Positions 11,310 through 20,286 of a DNA stretch of 64,000 nucleotides are shown piece by piece (position 1 is the stretch's first letter; every line of letters starts with the position of its first letter). This stretch comes from Clostridia bacterium (GTDB lineage Bacteria; Bacillota; Clostridia; Oscillospirales; Acutalibacteraceae), in NCBI GenBank assembly GCA_017435665.1, contig JAFSEP010000043.1, positions 2,004-66,003 of the forward strand, given 5' to 3'. The position numbers and the translations under genes were made by a program. Below the pieces are notes generated by a model. That model was not told where the DNA came from, did no database searches, and worked only from the letters and a program-made list of their open reading frames with translations.

Positions 11310-11340
11310 GAAAAAAAGAGGTGCAGATGCACCTCTTTTT
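11310..11340 (-). terminator. Intrinsic terminator after the 853-aa surface protein gene
   Basis: Stem agaggtgc/gcacctct (11317-11336) flanked by an A-run and a T-run. On the minus strand the hairpin is followed by U7. Confidence 0.65.
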
Positions 11341-13902
11341 CTATTTGACTCTGACTGATTTAACCTCAGACCATCCCGAATAAAGTTTCGTATTATTTCC
11401 GTTGATTTTTACGGTTTTATAGGTTCTTACTCTTACGTAATATTTCTTACCCTTTTTAAGGCTTTTTATTGTCTTAGAAGTGGTCGAATTTTTGCTTACG
11501 GTAACCTTCTTCGATTTTTTCATCTTTGAGGATGTGCTGTATTCAATCTGATAGCCGGTAGTCTGAGATGTCTGCTTCTTCCAGGTTACGGTAATTTTTT
11601 TGCTTCCAGCCTTCAGCTTTGAAACAGAGGTGGACTTAGGCACTATACTGAAGGTCAGCTTCTTCGTGCCCGAATACTTACCCTTGAATTTTACGGTAAC
11701 GGTATACTTTCCCACCTTTTTTCTGCCGCTTGAATACTTTACGGTATAATCCTTGCCCTCTTCGAGAGTGTTACCGTGCGTATCCTTGGCAACAACCTTC
11801 GGTTTTCTTACCTTTCCGCTGTATGTATACTTTGTTTTTGATAGCTTCACCGAAGCAACCTGAGGGGTACTTTCTGCAATTTCCGCAGGCTTACGGTTAA
11901 TTACATATCCGCTTGTCTGACTGTAAGGAGCAAGGAAATATGACCAATATCCGTTTTTGCCGTAATTTCCCGTTTCCATAAGATACTTTCTTCCCTGTAT
12001 CTCAACCTCACACCAGAAATGCTGCCATATATTATCGGGATAGCTTCCCCTGTAACTCTGGATTACACATGCATCATATCCGAGATATACCATCATTGCC
12101 GCCATAGCACCGTTATATTGAGCGCACTGCCCCATTTTACTCTTGAAGGCTGCCTCAACCCAGGATTTTCCTGAAATTTTATTCCAGTCATTTCCAACGG
12201 CATACTTGACATTTTTATTGAGCCAATTAAGCGTATAAGATAACTTTTCAGCCTCTGTCATACTCTTTTTAAAATGCTTTTCAGCAAAGTTTTTAAGTAT
12301 TTTTATGTCATTTTCACTCAGCTTATAGGTATAGCTTGTTGTGCTCTTACCCTGCTTGTTATATACCTTGAAGCTCTTATGAGATTTGAGTTCTGCTCCC
12401 CTCAGTACAGCATCAGCATCATCTGTGTAATATATATCTCCTCTTTCCCCATATACCGTGTTTCCGTTAACGTTTTTATAGGAGCAGATATAATAAGCAT
12501 AAATTCCGTTTTTATTGACAGATTTATCATAATACGTATCGGCAGAATTACCCTTTATTGTTTTAATAATTTTGGCATCACCGTAATTATCAATGCGCTG
12601 TCTGTAAATAATGTAACCGTCAGCCTTGCTGTTACTCTTGTATTTGATTTTGATTGATGATTTAAGTGTTGTCAGCTCAGCCGACGGAGATTTCAGTAAG
12701 GTAGTACACTCAATATATGCAGGCTCACCCTTTATTGCAGTATTACTGTCATCAATAACCACAGGCACAATCTGATACTTATATGTTGTATACTGACTGA
12801 GATTTCCATCGTAGTATGTGCTGTAATCTGTCTTACCTATATAAACGTATCTTGCCGTACTGTTATCATAACGGTAAACATAATAGCAATCTATATCATC
12901 CCAATACCAGCCGTCCCAGCTCAGGCGTATATCTGATGCGGAGCTTGCGCCTGCTGTAAGACCGGATACGGAATCAATATAAATTTTAAAGCTGAGTGTT
13001 TTTATTCCGCTGTAATTTCCCGTAAAAATTATATCAATATACGCCGTTCCCGGATAACGGTTGTTTCTGTAACTTACGGTATAGTCAGAACCCTCGTAAA
13101 GATATCTGCCTGAGAAATAAACATCAAACCACGGTTCAATGCTTTCTCCGCAGTACATACAGTCCTCTATGGATGAAACTGTTATCTGAGATGCATCAAC
13201 AGGATTAATTGTGAATTCAACACGCTTGGTACCGCAGTAGTCCCCCATTCCGCTTATGAGGGCATAAGCTGTACCTGCATTTATATTGTTTTCATAGCTT
13301 ACAGAATAATCAGTACCTGCCGTAAGAAGCCTTGCCCCGTCATACACACTTATCTCCGGCATTATTTCATAACCGCTGTAAATATAAGATGAAGAATCGA
13401 AAATAACGGTAAGCTCATCCGTCTTTTTCAGCAAAACGACATTAAAGCCGTTAGCTCTTGCATAGCTTTCGGCATAGCTTCCCTTAACACAGGCAATTGT
13501 GAAATCTGACTTCTTTTCATAAAATTCTTCATCGGTTTCAAAATCATAAGCCTCGCAGTAACCTACACTGTATTCACCGATATGTTTTACACTTTCCGGT
13601 ATTTTTATATAATCGACATAACTGCAGTCGATTCTCCCTGAAATTGAAGTTACATCAAACTTACAATAATTATCATATTCATCATAATCGTATACACATT
13701 CAGGGATGATCACCTTATTACTGCTGTTTGCTTCATAATCGGTAACGGTTACAGTATTGTTTTCAAAATCAAATCTGTAATAAACCCAGCTTCCTTCCGA
13801 ATAGTCCGATCCCACGTCATACGCCGATACCGTAACAGCAGAAAAAGTCAGAGTAAGCAAAATAAAAACAGCCGAAAAAACAGATAATACTACTTTCTTC
13901 AT
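11341..13902 (-). CDS. Secreted mosaic protein: BspA-type LRR fragment, Ig-like/Fn3 repeats, transglutaminase-like Cys-His core, C-terminal Lys-rich Fn3-like module
   Basis: Signal peptide MKKVVLSVFSAVFILLTLTFSAVTVSA. Repeats of the YSGxxxxPxxxV..G..L..GTDYxVSY.NN...GTA type. MGQCAQYNGAMAAMMVYLGYDA...WQHFWCEV resembles a transglutaminase/papain-like core. Ends KKGKKYYVRVRTYKTV...VKSVRVK. Confidence 0.8.
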   Translation of the reverse strand: MKKVVLSVFSAVFILLTLTFSAVTVSAYDVGSDYSEGSWVYYRFDFENNTVTVTDYEANSSNKVIIPECVYDYDEYDNYCKFDVTSISGRIDCSYVDYIKIPESVKHIGEYSVGYCEAYDFETDEEFYEKKSDFTIACVKGSYAESYARANGFNVVLLKKTDELTVIFDSSSYIYSGYEIMPEISVYDGARLLTAGTDYSVSYENNINAGTAYALISGMGDYCGTKRVEFTINPVDASQITVSSIEDCMYCGESIEPWFDVYFSGRYLYEGSDYTVSYRNNRYPGTAYIDIIFTGNYSGIKTLSFKIYIDSVSGLTAGASSASDIRLSWDGWYWDDIDCYYVYRYDNSTARYVYIGKTDYSTYYDGNLSQYTTYKYQIVPVVIDDSNTAIKGEPAYIECTTLLKSPSAELTTLKSSIKIKYKSNSKADGYIIYRQRIDNYGDAKIIKTIKGNSADTYYDKSVNKNGIYAYYICSYKNVNGNTVYGERGDIYYTDDADAVLRGAELKSHKSFKVYNKQGKSTTSYTYKLSENDIKILKNFAEKHFKKSMTEAEKLSYTLNWLNKNVKYAVGNDWNKISGKSWVEAAFKSKMGQCAQYNGAMAAMMVYLGYDACVIQSYRGSYPDNIWQHFWCEVEIQGRKYLMETGNYGKNGYWSYFLAPYSQTSGYVINRKPAEIAESTPQVASVKLSKTKYTYSGKVRKPKVVAKDTHGNTLEEGKDYTVKYSSGRKKVGKYTVTVKFKGKYSGTKKLTFSIVPKSTSVSKLKAGSKKITVTWKKQTSQTTGYQIEYSTSSKMKKSKKVTVSKNSTTSKTIKSLKKGKKYYVRVRTYKTVKINGNNTKLYSGWSEVKSVRVK

Positions 13903-13924
13903 ACGTCACAACTCCTTTAAGCGT

Positions 13925-13953
13925 ATTATAAAATATTTCATACAAGGTGTCAA
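13925..13953 (-). promoter_or_regulatory. Consensus sigma-70-type promoter for the 853-aa surface protein gene
   Basis: Minus strand TTGACA (13948-13953), 17 nt, TATAAT (13925-13930). AAAGGAG RBS 9 nt before the ATG at 13902. Confidence 0.6.
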
Positions 13954-13983
13954 TAAAGTGTATAAACAAAAACTGCCGCAAAA

Positions 13984-14094
13984 TAACGCCGACACCACAT
14001 AAGGAAATATTTGTTTCTCAATAAAAATTCCCTGTATTTTTGCCAAAAGCCTCGCAAGGCGTCAGCCTTGCTGCGTTTTGTGGTGTCGGCGTTA
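13984..14094. repeat. 111-bp palindromic element: perfect 16-bp inverted repeat enclosing an inner hairpin
   Basis: taacgccgacaccaca (13984-13999) and tgtggtgtcggcgtta (14079-14094). Inner stem gcaaggc/gccttgc (14054-14071). Confidence 0.6.
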
Positions 14095-14130
14095 AACTTG
14101 CGACAGTATCGTATATGTTTTATCGTTGTA

Positions 14131-14607
14131 TTACTTTGATTTATCCTCAACAGCAGTATTGATAGATTTTCCGAATACTACAAATCTGTTGAAAAGGAAC
14201 TCGGTTGTAAGATTAATAAGCATTGTAAAAGCGAGAACAAGGTATTCATTCCAGCCGATATCTGTCAGAGCATTGCCCCACCAGATTGATGCGGGTGTGA
14301 ATACACAGTAATATCCGAGCACCTTGAGCATAGCAACAGGAACGTTATTTGCTGATTTAAAGGTGAACTTTCTGTTTACTGTGAAATTGAAAATAACAGA
14401 AAACAATAAGGCTACAAAATAGAATAAGCCGTATTCATTTTCAATTATGCTTTCAGGCAGAAAATCAAAAGCACCCGTAAAACGGTTAAGCTCGTTAAGA
14501 GCAGTGAACGTTACTGTCTGGATAATTCCTGCACCTGTTGAACAGAAAAAGAACTTCAACGCCATCACGGCATTATCTTTTTTGGTAAGCTGTGTTTCAT
14601 TACTCAT
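14131..14607 (-). CDS. GtrA-family membrane protein
   Basis: 158 aa with 4 predicted TMs. N-terminal KFFFCSTGAGIIQTVTF and C-terminal FLFNRFVVF are typical of GtrA-like proteins. Confidence 0.7.
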   Translation of the reverse strand: MSNETQLTKKDNAVMALKFFFCSTGAGIIQTVTFTALNELNRFTGAFDFLPESIIENEYGLFYFVALLFSVIFNFTVNRKFTFKSANNVPVAMLKVLGYYCVFTPASIWWGNALTDIGWNEYLVLAFTMLINLTTEFLFNRFVVFGKSINTAVEDKSK

Positions 14608-14664
14608 ATTTTTACTCCTTTTATAAGCTGAAGCTGCATTTCTGCAGCTTCAGATAATTTCTCA

Positions 14665-15891
14665 TTATAACTGTCCTACAAACAGCATAAATATGTATTT
14701 GAACCAAGCGATAATTCTCTCAAAGAAGTTCATTTCCTTTTCTTCTTCAGGTGCTTCGGGAGCTGAATCTTCATAGTAGTGCATATAAGTGTCGAAGGTT
14801 ACGCTGTTGCCTGCTTCCTTGAGATTGATAACACGCACACCTCTGAGAGTGCCTTCAGTATAAGGATAAGGACTGTAACCGGCTGTTACTGTTGAGATGA
14901 GCTTAACACCCTCATAATCAACAACAAAATCATTCATATGGTCGTGACCGAAACAAAATGCTTCAACTCCGACTGCCTTGAGTCTTGAGAACTCATTGTG
15001 ATAAACATCAACATTCGGCGGACAGGGCTTTTCCTGAAGATGACCTGCTGAGCCTTCCGGAAGAACGTAATACTTATCATCTTTTTCTACTGCGCCTTCA
15101 GTACCTGCCGGCACTTCTTCAAGGGCATCATAAATTTCGGGAACGATTATATGCTGGAAGGCCATTGACTTAACGGTCTTGCCGCTGAGCTTATTAAGAT
15201 TAATTGTTTCCTTTTCGATATACTTGAGCTGATCATCGTGAACAGCGTCGTATTCATTTCCCAATACGTCAACATAATCGTTGGAGTCAATAACCCAGAG
15301 ATTGTATGCGAGCTGTGTATAGTCAAGTTCACCTTCTGTTACGGGCGTATAATCAGAACTGAAGATGGGAATGTTATATGTTCCGCAACCGTAAATATCG
15401 ATGTTTGCAATAGCTTCGTCATAGCCGATAAAACAGTCATACTTCTGGTAAATTTCCATCTGCATTTCTCTGTTAACAGCTGTGAAAGCACCGTCATGGT
15501 TGCCGAAGGTTGCAGCAACTCTTACGCCGTATTCATCGTAGTATTCCTCAAAAATGCGCATAAAATCATCAATAGCACCTGAAACGCAGGTGTAGTCAAC
15601 ATCAGAGAAAACACCGAGTGTTCCTGATCTGATATCGATGATATTGTCACCGGTAAGGATGATGAGATCCGGACGTTCTGCCTCAATAGCTGCTCTGAGA
15701 GACTTCTGGGAAAGGGGCGATAAATTGATGCCGTCCTGAATGTCAGCAATCTGCATAATTTTAAAGTTTCCGTCACTGTCAAATCTGAGCTGTGCCTTTT
15801 GTGCCGGTGTGTATCCCACTGCAGAAGCGGCGAAAGCCGAAAGCATAACAGCCACAAGCATCACTGCTATAATTTTAGTAATTTTCTTCAT
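14665..15891 (-). CDS. Secreted/membrane-tethered calcineurin-like metallophosphoesterase
   Basis: Signal peptide, then GDNIID, GNHD and GHDH metallophosphoesterase motifs. Hydrophobic C-terminal tail. Confidence 0.8.
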   Translation of the reverse strand: MKKITKIIAVMLVAVMLSAFAASAVGYTPAQKAQLRFDSDGNFKIMQIADIQDGINLSPLSQKSLRAAIEAERPDLIILTGDNIIDIRSGTLGVFSDVDYTCVSGAIDDFMRIFEEYYDEYGVRVAATFGNHDGAFTAVNREMQMEIYQKYDCFIGYDEAIANIDIYGCGTYNIPIFSSDYTPVTEGELDYTQLAYNLWVIDSNDYVDVLGNEYDAVHDDQLKYIEKETINLNKLSGKTVKSMAFQHIIVPEIYDALEEVPAGTEGAVEKDDKYYVLPEGSAGHLQEKPCPPNVDVYHNEFSRLKAVGVEAFCFGHDHMNDFVVDYEGVKLISTVTAGYSPYPYTEGTLRGVRVINLKEAGNSVTFDTYMHYYEDSAPEAPEEEKEMNFFERIIAWFKYIFMLFVGQL

Positions 15892-16126
15892 TGTGTATTT
15901 TTCCTTTCAAAAACGTTTTAGTATACACATCTATACCTGATTTATTATACATAATTTTCAGAATTATTTCAACACATTCAACCAAATCCCTGTATGTTAA
16001 AAGTCACAAAAAAATTCAGAGAGATTTATGCAAAAATACCAAAGCATTTTTTACTATACAGGAATTTTCCGACTTGCAACGGCATATAATTTTAAGGTGG
16101 CAAACATAATTCAAAGGAGTGATAAA

Positions 16127-16213
16127 ATGCGAAAAGCAAATTATAACCTGAATATTTTAAAGCACGCAAAAGCCAAGGTAAAAACCGTGTGCTGTGATAA
16201 AATAGGTAAGTAA
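16127..16213 (+). CDS. Candidate 28-aa peptide gene (MRKANYNLNILKHAKAKVKTVCCDKIGK)
   Basis: AAAGGAG 7 nt upstream of the ATG. Strong hairpin terminator immediately downstream. Sits in an otherwise empty 370-nt gap. No homology recognised. Confidence 0.3.
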   Translation: MRKANYNLNILKHAKAKVKTVCCDKIGK

Positions 16214-16220
16214 ATCAGGA

Positions 16221-16257
16221 AAAAGTCAGCAAAACGCAAATTGTTTTGCTGACTTTT
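16221..16257. terminator. Bidirectional intrinsic terminator
   Basis: Perfect 15-bp stem aaaagtcagcaaaac/gttttgctgactttt with a 7-nt loop. U-rich on both strands. Lies 3 nt after the LCP gene stop. Confidence 0.75.
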
Positions 16258-16260
16258 CTC

Positions 16261-17532
16261 TCACTTCTCACCCTTGATATCTTCTACCGTTTTTTCATAG
16301 ATAAATTCTTTAAGGGTCTGAATATTCTTTTCGGAATTGAACTTCAATACAGCCTGACCGCCCACATATGCATTCCACCACGAACCTTTTGCGGGAATCT
16401 GCTGTTCAACTATGGGATAATCCATATAAGAAAGCAAAGCGTTAACACCGAGTGATATCAGCTGAGTTTTATTGATATCTGTCTGAATTTCGGGTAAAAC
16501 CGCTTCAACGGTTGAAAGAAGTGTAGGGATGCTGCACTTTTTAACCTGCTTCATAATTGCAGAAATAACCTTACGCTGTCTGGCTGTTCTGTTGAAATCC
16601 GAATCAAGATGTCTGATTCTGGCATACCACAACGCAGTTCTTCCCTGAACCCTGTGAGTACCCGGTGTACATTCGTAGCCGCCCTCTCTGCTGATGCACT
16701 CGGCCTCAGCCTTGGTTATCTTGAGCTTTATACCGCCGATTCCGTTAACTATTGTTTTGAAGATATCAAAATCAATCATAACATAGTTATCAATTTTCAC
16801 CTTATAATTATACTCAATAGTATCAATAACCATCTGTGGTCCGCCATAACTGCAGGCAGCATTCAGCTTTGCGTACTGATCTCTTTCGGGAATATAAACC
16901 CAGCTGTCACGAAGAAATGACGTAAGCTTCAGAGCCTTGTTTTTCTTGTCAATCGATACCAGCATCATCGTGTCTGCACGGTAATTTGCCTGATTTTCCC
17001 TTTGGTCAGTTCCCAGAAGAAGAATGTTTGTAACGTCACTGCTTGAGCTGAGCTCTGCATCTGAAATGAAGGCATTTTCCTTGTGCGTATCAGGCACGTA
17101 GTTTAGCCCGTCCATAATTTTATAGACATACCCGCTGAGCACAAGCACAAGAATAAGAAGTATTGAAACTATACTTGCAAAGACCTTTTTTCCTCTTGAA
17201 CGGCCTTTTTTAATTTTCTTCACCTTCGCAGATGAGATATCCTCAAAGGTAATGTCTTCGGAAACCTGATTGTTGCTTCTCATATACGTTTCACTTCCGT
17301 AGCTTTCATATTTGTTGCTGCCTTCATCCCTGTTGTCCGCATAGTTGAGTATGCTGTCCAAAACATCATATCTGTCATTGCCTTCCGGCTGAGAAAAAGC
17401 ACCGTCAGAGCCTTCGCTGAAATCACTGTGTTCTGAATCGGGAATGAAAGAATCCTCCTGAAAAATTCTTCCGATTTTTCTGTCATCCTTGCTTTTGTCG
17501 GAATTTCCCTGAGTATTAAACCAATCGTCCAT
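16261..17532 (-). CDS. LytR-CpsA-Psr (LCP) family cell-wall glycopolymer ligase
   Basis: ILLLGTDQRE...RADTMMLVSID...LTSFLRDSW core. N-terminal acidic cytoplasmic tail plus one TM. Confidence 0.85.
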   Translation of the reverse strand: MDDWFNTQGNSDKSKDDRKIGRIFQEDSFIPDSEHSDFSEGSDGAFSQPEGNDRYDVLDSILNYADNRDEGSNKYESYGSETYMRSNNQVSEDITFEDISSAKVKKIKKGRSRGKKVFASIVSILLILVLVLSGYVYKIMDGLNYVPDTHKENAFISDAELSSSSDVTNILLLGTDQRENQANYRADTMMLVSIDKKNKALKLTSFLRDSWVYIPERDQYAKLNAACSYGGPQMVIDTIEYNYKVKIDNYVMIDFDIFKTIVNGIGGIKLKITKAEAECISREGGYECTPGTHRVQGRTALWYARIRHLDSDFNRTARQRKVISAIMKQVKKCSIPTLLSTVEAVLPEIQTDINKTQLISLGVNALLSYMDYPIVEQQIPAKGSWWNAYVGGQAVLKFNSEKNIQTLKEFIYEKTVEDIKGEK

Positions 17533-17602
17533 TTTAACTCTCCTTTCCGGGATATTCTAACTTATTATATCTTTTTTTGCAAGTATTTTCATAAATAATT
17601 AT

Positions 17603-17631
17603 TTGACAATAAGTTAATTTTGTTATACAAT
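17603..17631 (+). promoter_or_regulatory. Promoter of rnpB
   Basis: TTGACA (17603-17608), 17 nt, TACAAT (17626-17631). Predicted TSS about 17638 coincides with the 5' arm of P1. Confidence 0.65.
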
Positions 17632-17637
17632 ATTTCA

Positions 17638-17973
17638 GTGAGCAGACCGGGCAGTCGCATGGGTATTTTTACCCATGAGGAAAGTCCGAGCTTCACAGAG
17701 CAGGATAACGGTTAACGACCGCCGAGGGCGACCTCAGGGACAGTGCAACAGAGATATACCGCCACGAAAGTGGTAAGGGTGGAAAAGCGAGGTAAGAGCT
17801 CACTAATATGGTGGAGACATCATATTCCTGTAAACCCTATCCGAAGCAACACCGACCGAAAAGACGCATTTGCTCGATGTATTTTTCAACGGGTGGCTTG
17901 AACCTTGCGGTAACGTAAGGTCTAGATAGATGATTGCCTTAAACGACAGAACTCGGCTTACAGGTCTGGTCAC
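17638..17973 (+). ncRNA. rnpB: RNase P RNA (bacterial)
   Basis: Universal GAGGAAAGTCCG box (17668-17679) and ACAGAACTCGGCTTACAG near the 3' end. P1 pairing of 17638-17650 with 17961-17973. Has its own promoter and terminator. Confidence 0.9.
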
Positions 17974-17977
17974 ATTT

Positions 17978-18009
17978 TGCACTTCTTTCACCGAAGTGCA
18001 AATTTTTTT
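17978..18009 (+). terminator. Intrinsic terminator of rnpB
   Basis: tgcacttc/gaagtgca stem followed by aattttttt. Confidence 0.8.
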
Positions 18010-18037
18010 GAATTTTCATTAAAAAGGCGGTGCCTGA

Positions 18038-20242
18038 ATGGACAATATAAAAACTGAATTACAGGGCACCGTCGAGGACGTTGTTTTCAGCAACGAGGAA
18101 ACGGGCTTCACGGTTATTGATATGAGTGTTGACGGTGAGCTGATAACTGCCGTGGGCGTACTCCCCACCCTTTCTGCCGGTGAAACGCTCAGGGTTACGG
18201 GTCATTGGGATTATCATCATTCCTTCGGCAGGCAGTTCAAGATTGATGAATGTGAAAGACAGATGCCCAAAACCTCTGCGGATATGCTCAAATATCTTTC
18301 TTCGGGAACAATCAAGGGTATAGGTCCCAAGATTGCCGCAAAAATTGTTGAAAAGTTCGGCGAAGATACGTTTAATATTCTTGAAAACAATCCCGAATTG
18401 CTGTCAACAATCAAGGGTATAAGCAAGGACAAGGCACTTGAAATGTCTGATGAATTCAGAAGACAGTTTGCAATACGTGAGGTCATAATTTATCTTGAAA
18501 AATTCGGTATGACAAGCAATGAATGTGTTAACGTTTTCAAGATTTTCGGTGCAAGAGCTATTGATATCATAACCGAAAACCCCTATATTCTCTGTCGTGA
18601 GCCCATAGGTATGAGCTTTGACAGAGCAGACAGCATTGCAGCCAATATGTCAGGCGACTCCTACGGCACTTACAGAATCAAGGCAGGAATCGTTCATATT
18701 GTACGTCACAATCTGCGTAACGGACACACCTGCATACCCCGTGACAAAATAATTGAGCCTGCTGTTTCCCTTCTCGAAAGTGACAATGACACAATAGAAA
18801 GCATTATAGATGAGCTTCTTGAGGATAAGCAGCTTGTTTGTGAAAGCATAGACGGCAGAGAATTTCTCTTTATGCCGCATATTTTCGCATATGAACGTTC
18901 AGCTGCGCAGAGGCTTTCCGTTATGCTGAAATTCCCGCCTCCAAAGGGAAAAACCAGCATAAAGAGCCGTATAAAATCCCTGGAATCAAAGTTTGAAATT
19001 AAATACGAGGATAAACAGAAGCAGGCAATAACTACTGCTCTTGAAACAGGTATGCTTATACTCACGGGCGGTCCGGGTACGGGCAAAACCACCACACTCA
19101 ACGGCATAATCGAGCTTTATGAAAGAGACGGTCTGAAGGTAGCTCTTACTGCACCGACGGGCAGAGCAGCCAAAAGGATGAGTGAAATCACAGGCAAGGA
19201 AGCCAAAACCATACACAGGCTTCTTGAGGTTGAATGGAAGGACGGAGATATGCCTAAGTTCCAGAGAAATCTCACTAACCCTCTCCCCTACGATGCGATT
19301 ATCGTTGACGAGCTTTCTATGGTTGACATTCATCTTTTTGCATCCCTTCTTGATGCTATGAAGCTCGGCTGCAGACTGATAATGGTCGGTGACAGTGATC
19401 AGCTTCCTGCGGTAGGTGCAGGAAATGTCCTTCACGACCTTATTGACAGCGGTCTTATTCCCGTTGTAGCTCTCACGGAAATTTTCCGTCAGGCTATGGA
19501 AAGTCTGATTGTTACCAATGCCCACAGAATTGTAAAGGGTGAAAATCCTGAGCTCGATATTAACGATAACGATTTCTTCTTTATGAACAGACCAAACGTT
19601 ATCCTCACGGCAAGCACCGTTATAGACCTTTATACCAAGCGTCTGCCCAACGCATACGGATACGACCCTCTTGCTGACATACAGATACTCTGCCCCTCCA
19701 GAAAGGGAGAGGTCGGCTCTGTCAACCTTAACAATGCACTTCAGAAACGCATTAATCCTCCCGATGAATTCAAAAACGAATTTGTCCGTAACGGAAGAGT
19801 TTTCCGTGAGGGCGACAAGGTTATGCAGATAAAAAACAACTACGATATTCCCTGGGTGCGTAACAAGGAACACGGCACGGGCATATTCAACGGAGATATA
19901 GGCATACTTACCCAGATCAAGCCTGCGGTAAGGCTTATGAAAATCCGATTTGATGACCGTGAGGCAATCTATACCTTCGACCACGCAAATCAACTTGAGC
20001 TGGCTTATGCCGTAACAGTTCACAAGAGTCAGGGCTCGGAATATGAGGCAGTCATCATCCCTGCCTGCCACGTTATTCCTCAGCTCAGCTACCGTAATCT
20101 CCTTTATACCGCAGTAACGAGAGCAAAATCCAAAATAATCATTGTCGGTACCAAGGAGGATATATATTCTATGGTTGCCAATGACAAAAAGATTAAACGT
20201 TATTCAGGTCTCAGGCATTTTTTGACAAATAACTCAGGATGA
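18038..20242 (+). CDS. recD2: RecD2-type SF1B ATP-dependent DNA helicase
   Basis: HhH region IKGIGPKIAAKIVEKFG, Walker A LTGGPGTGKTT, DELSMVD, and C-terminal AYAVTVHKSQGSE. Confidence 0.85.
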   Translation: MDNIKTELQGTVEDVVFSNEETGFTVIDMSVDGELITAVGVLPTLSAGETLRVTGHWDYHHSFGRQFKIDECERQMPKTSADMLKYLSSGTIKGIGPKIAAKIVEKFGEDTFNILENNPELLSTIKGISKDKALEMSDEFRRQFAIREVIIYLEKFGMTSNECVNVFKIFGARAIDIITENPYILCREPIGMSFDRADSIAANMSGDSYGTYRIKAGIVHIVRHNLRNGHTCIPRDKIIEPAVSLLESDNDTIESIIDELLEDKQLVCESIDGREFLFMPHIFAYERSAAQRLSVMLKFPPPKGKTSIKSRIKSLESKFEIKYEDKQKQAITTALETGMLILTGGPGTGKTTTLNGIIELYERDGLKVALTAPTGRAAKRMSEITGKEAKTIHRLLEVEWKDGDMPKFQRNLTNPLPYDAIIVDELSMVDIHLFASLLDAMKLGCRLIMVGDSDQLPAVGAGNVLHDLIDSGLIPVVALTEIFRQAMESLIVTNAHRIVKGENPELDINDNDFFFMNRPNVILTASTVIDLYTKRLPNAYGYDPLADIQILCPSRKGEVGSVNLNNALQKRINPPDEFKNEFVRNGRVFREGDKVMQIKNNYDIPWVRNKEHGTGIFNGDIGILTQIKPAVRLMKIRFDDREAIYTFDHANQLELAYAVTVHKSQGSEYEAVIIPACHVIPQLSYRNLLYTAVTRAKSKIIIVGTKEDIYSMVANDKKIKRYSGLRHFLTNNSG

Positions 20243-20286
20243 TATATAATACATAGAAGCGTATATAAAGCAAAGGCGGTGATACA

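Noticed and set aside
13950-14150. 66-aa minus-strand ORF (and 14126-14311 on the plus strand)
   Set aside because: It runs through the palindromic element and promoter region, and its sequence is dictated by the inverted repeat. No RBS.
14621-14664. 11-bp hairpin between the metallophosphoesterase and gtrA-like genes
   Set aside because: There is no U-tract on the coding (minus) strand and the gtrA RBS follows immediately. It is likely just an intra-operon stem-loop.
16028-16213. 61-aa version of the small plus-strand ORF
   Set aside because: The upstream ATG has no RBS and the extra 33 residues lie in AT-rich promoter-like DNA. Only the internal ATG at 16127 has a good SD, and even that is kept at low confidence.
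17803-17991. 62-aa minus-strand ORF
   Set aside because: It lies entirely inside the RNase P RNA gene and its terminator, has no RBS, and the locus is explained by rnpB.
18986-20071. 361-aa ORF antisense to recD2 (also 18706-19107 and 18217-18486)
   Set aside because: It is fully embedded antisense in a helicase gene with clear motifs. Its composition is low-complexity and stop-poor, typical of the antisense frame of biased codon usage. No RBS and no recognisable domain.
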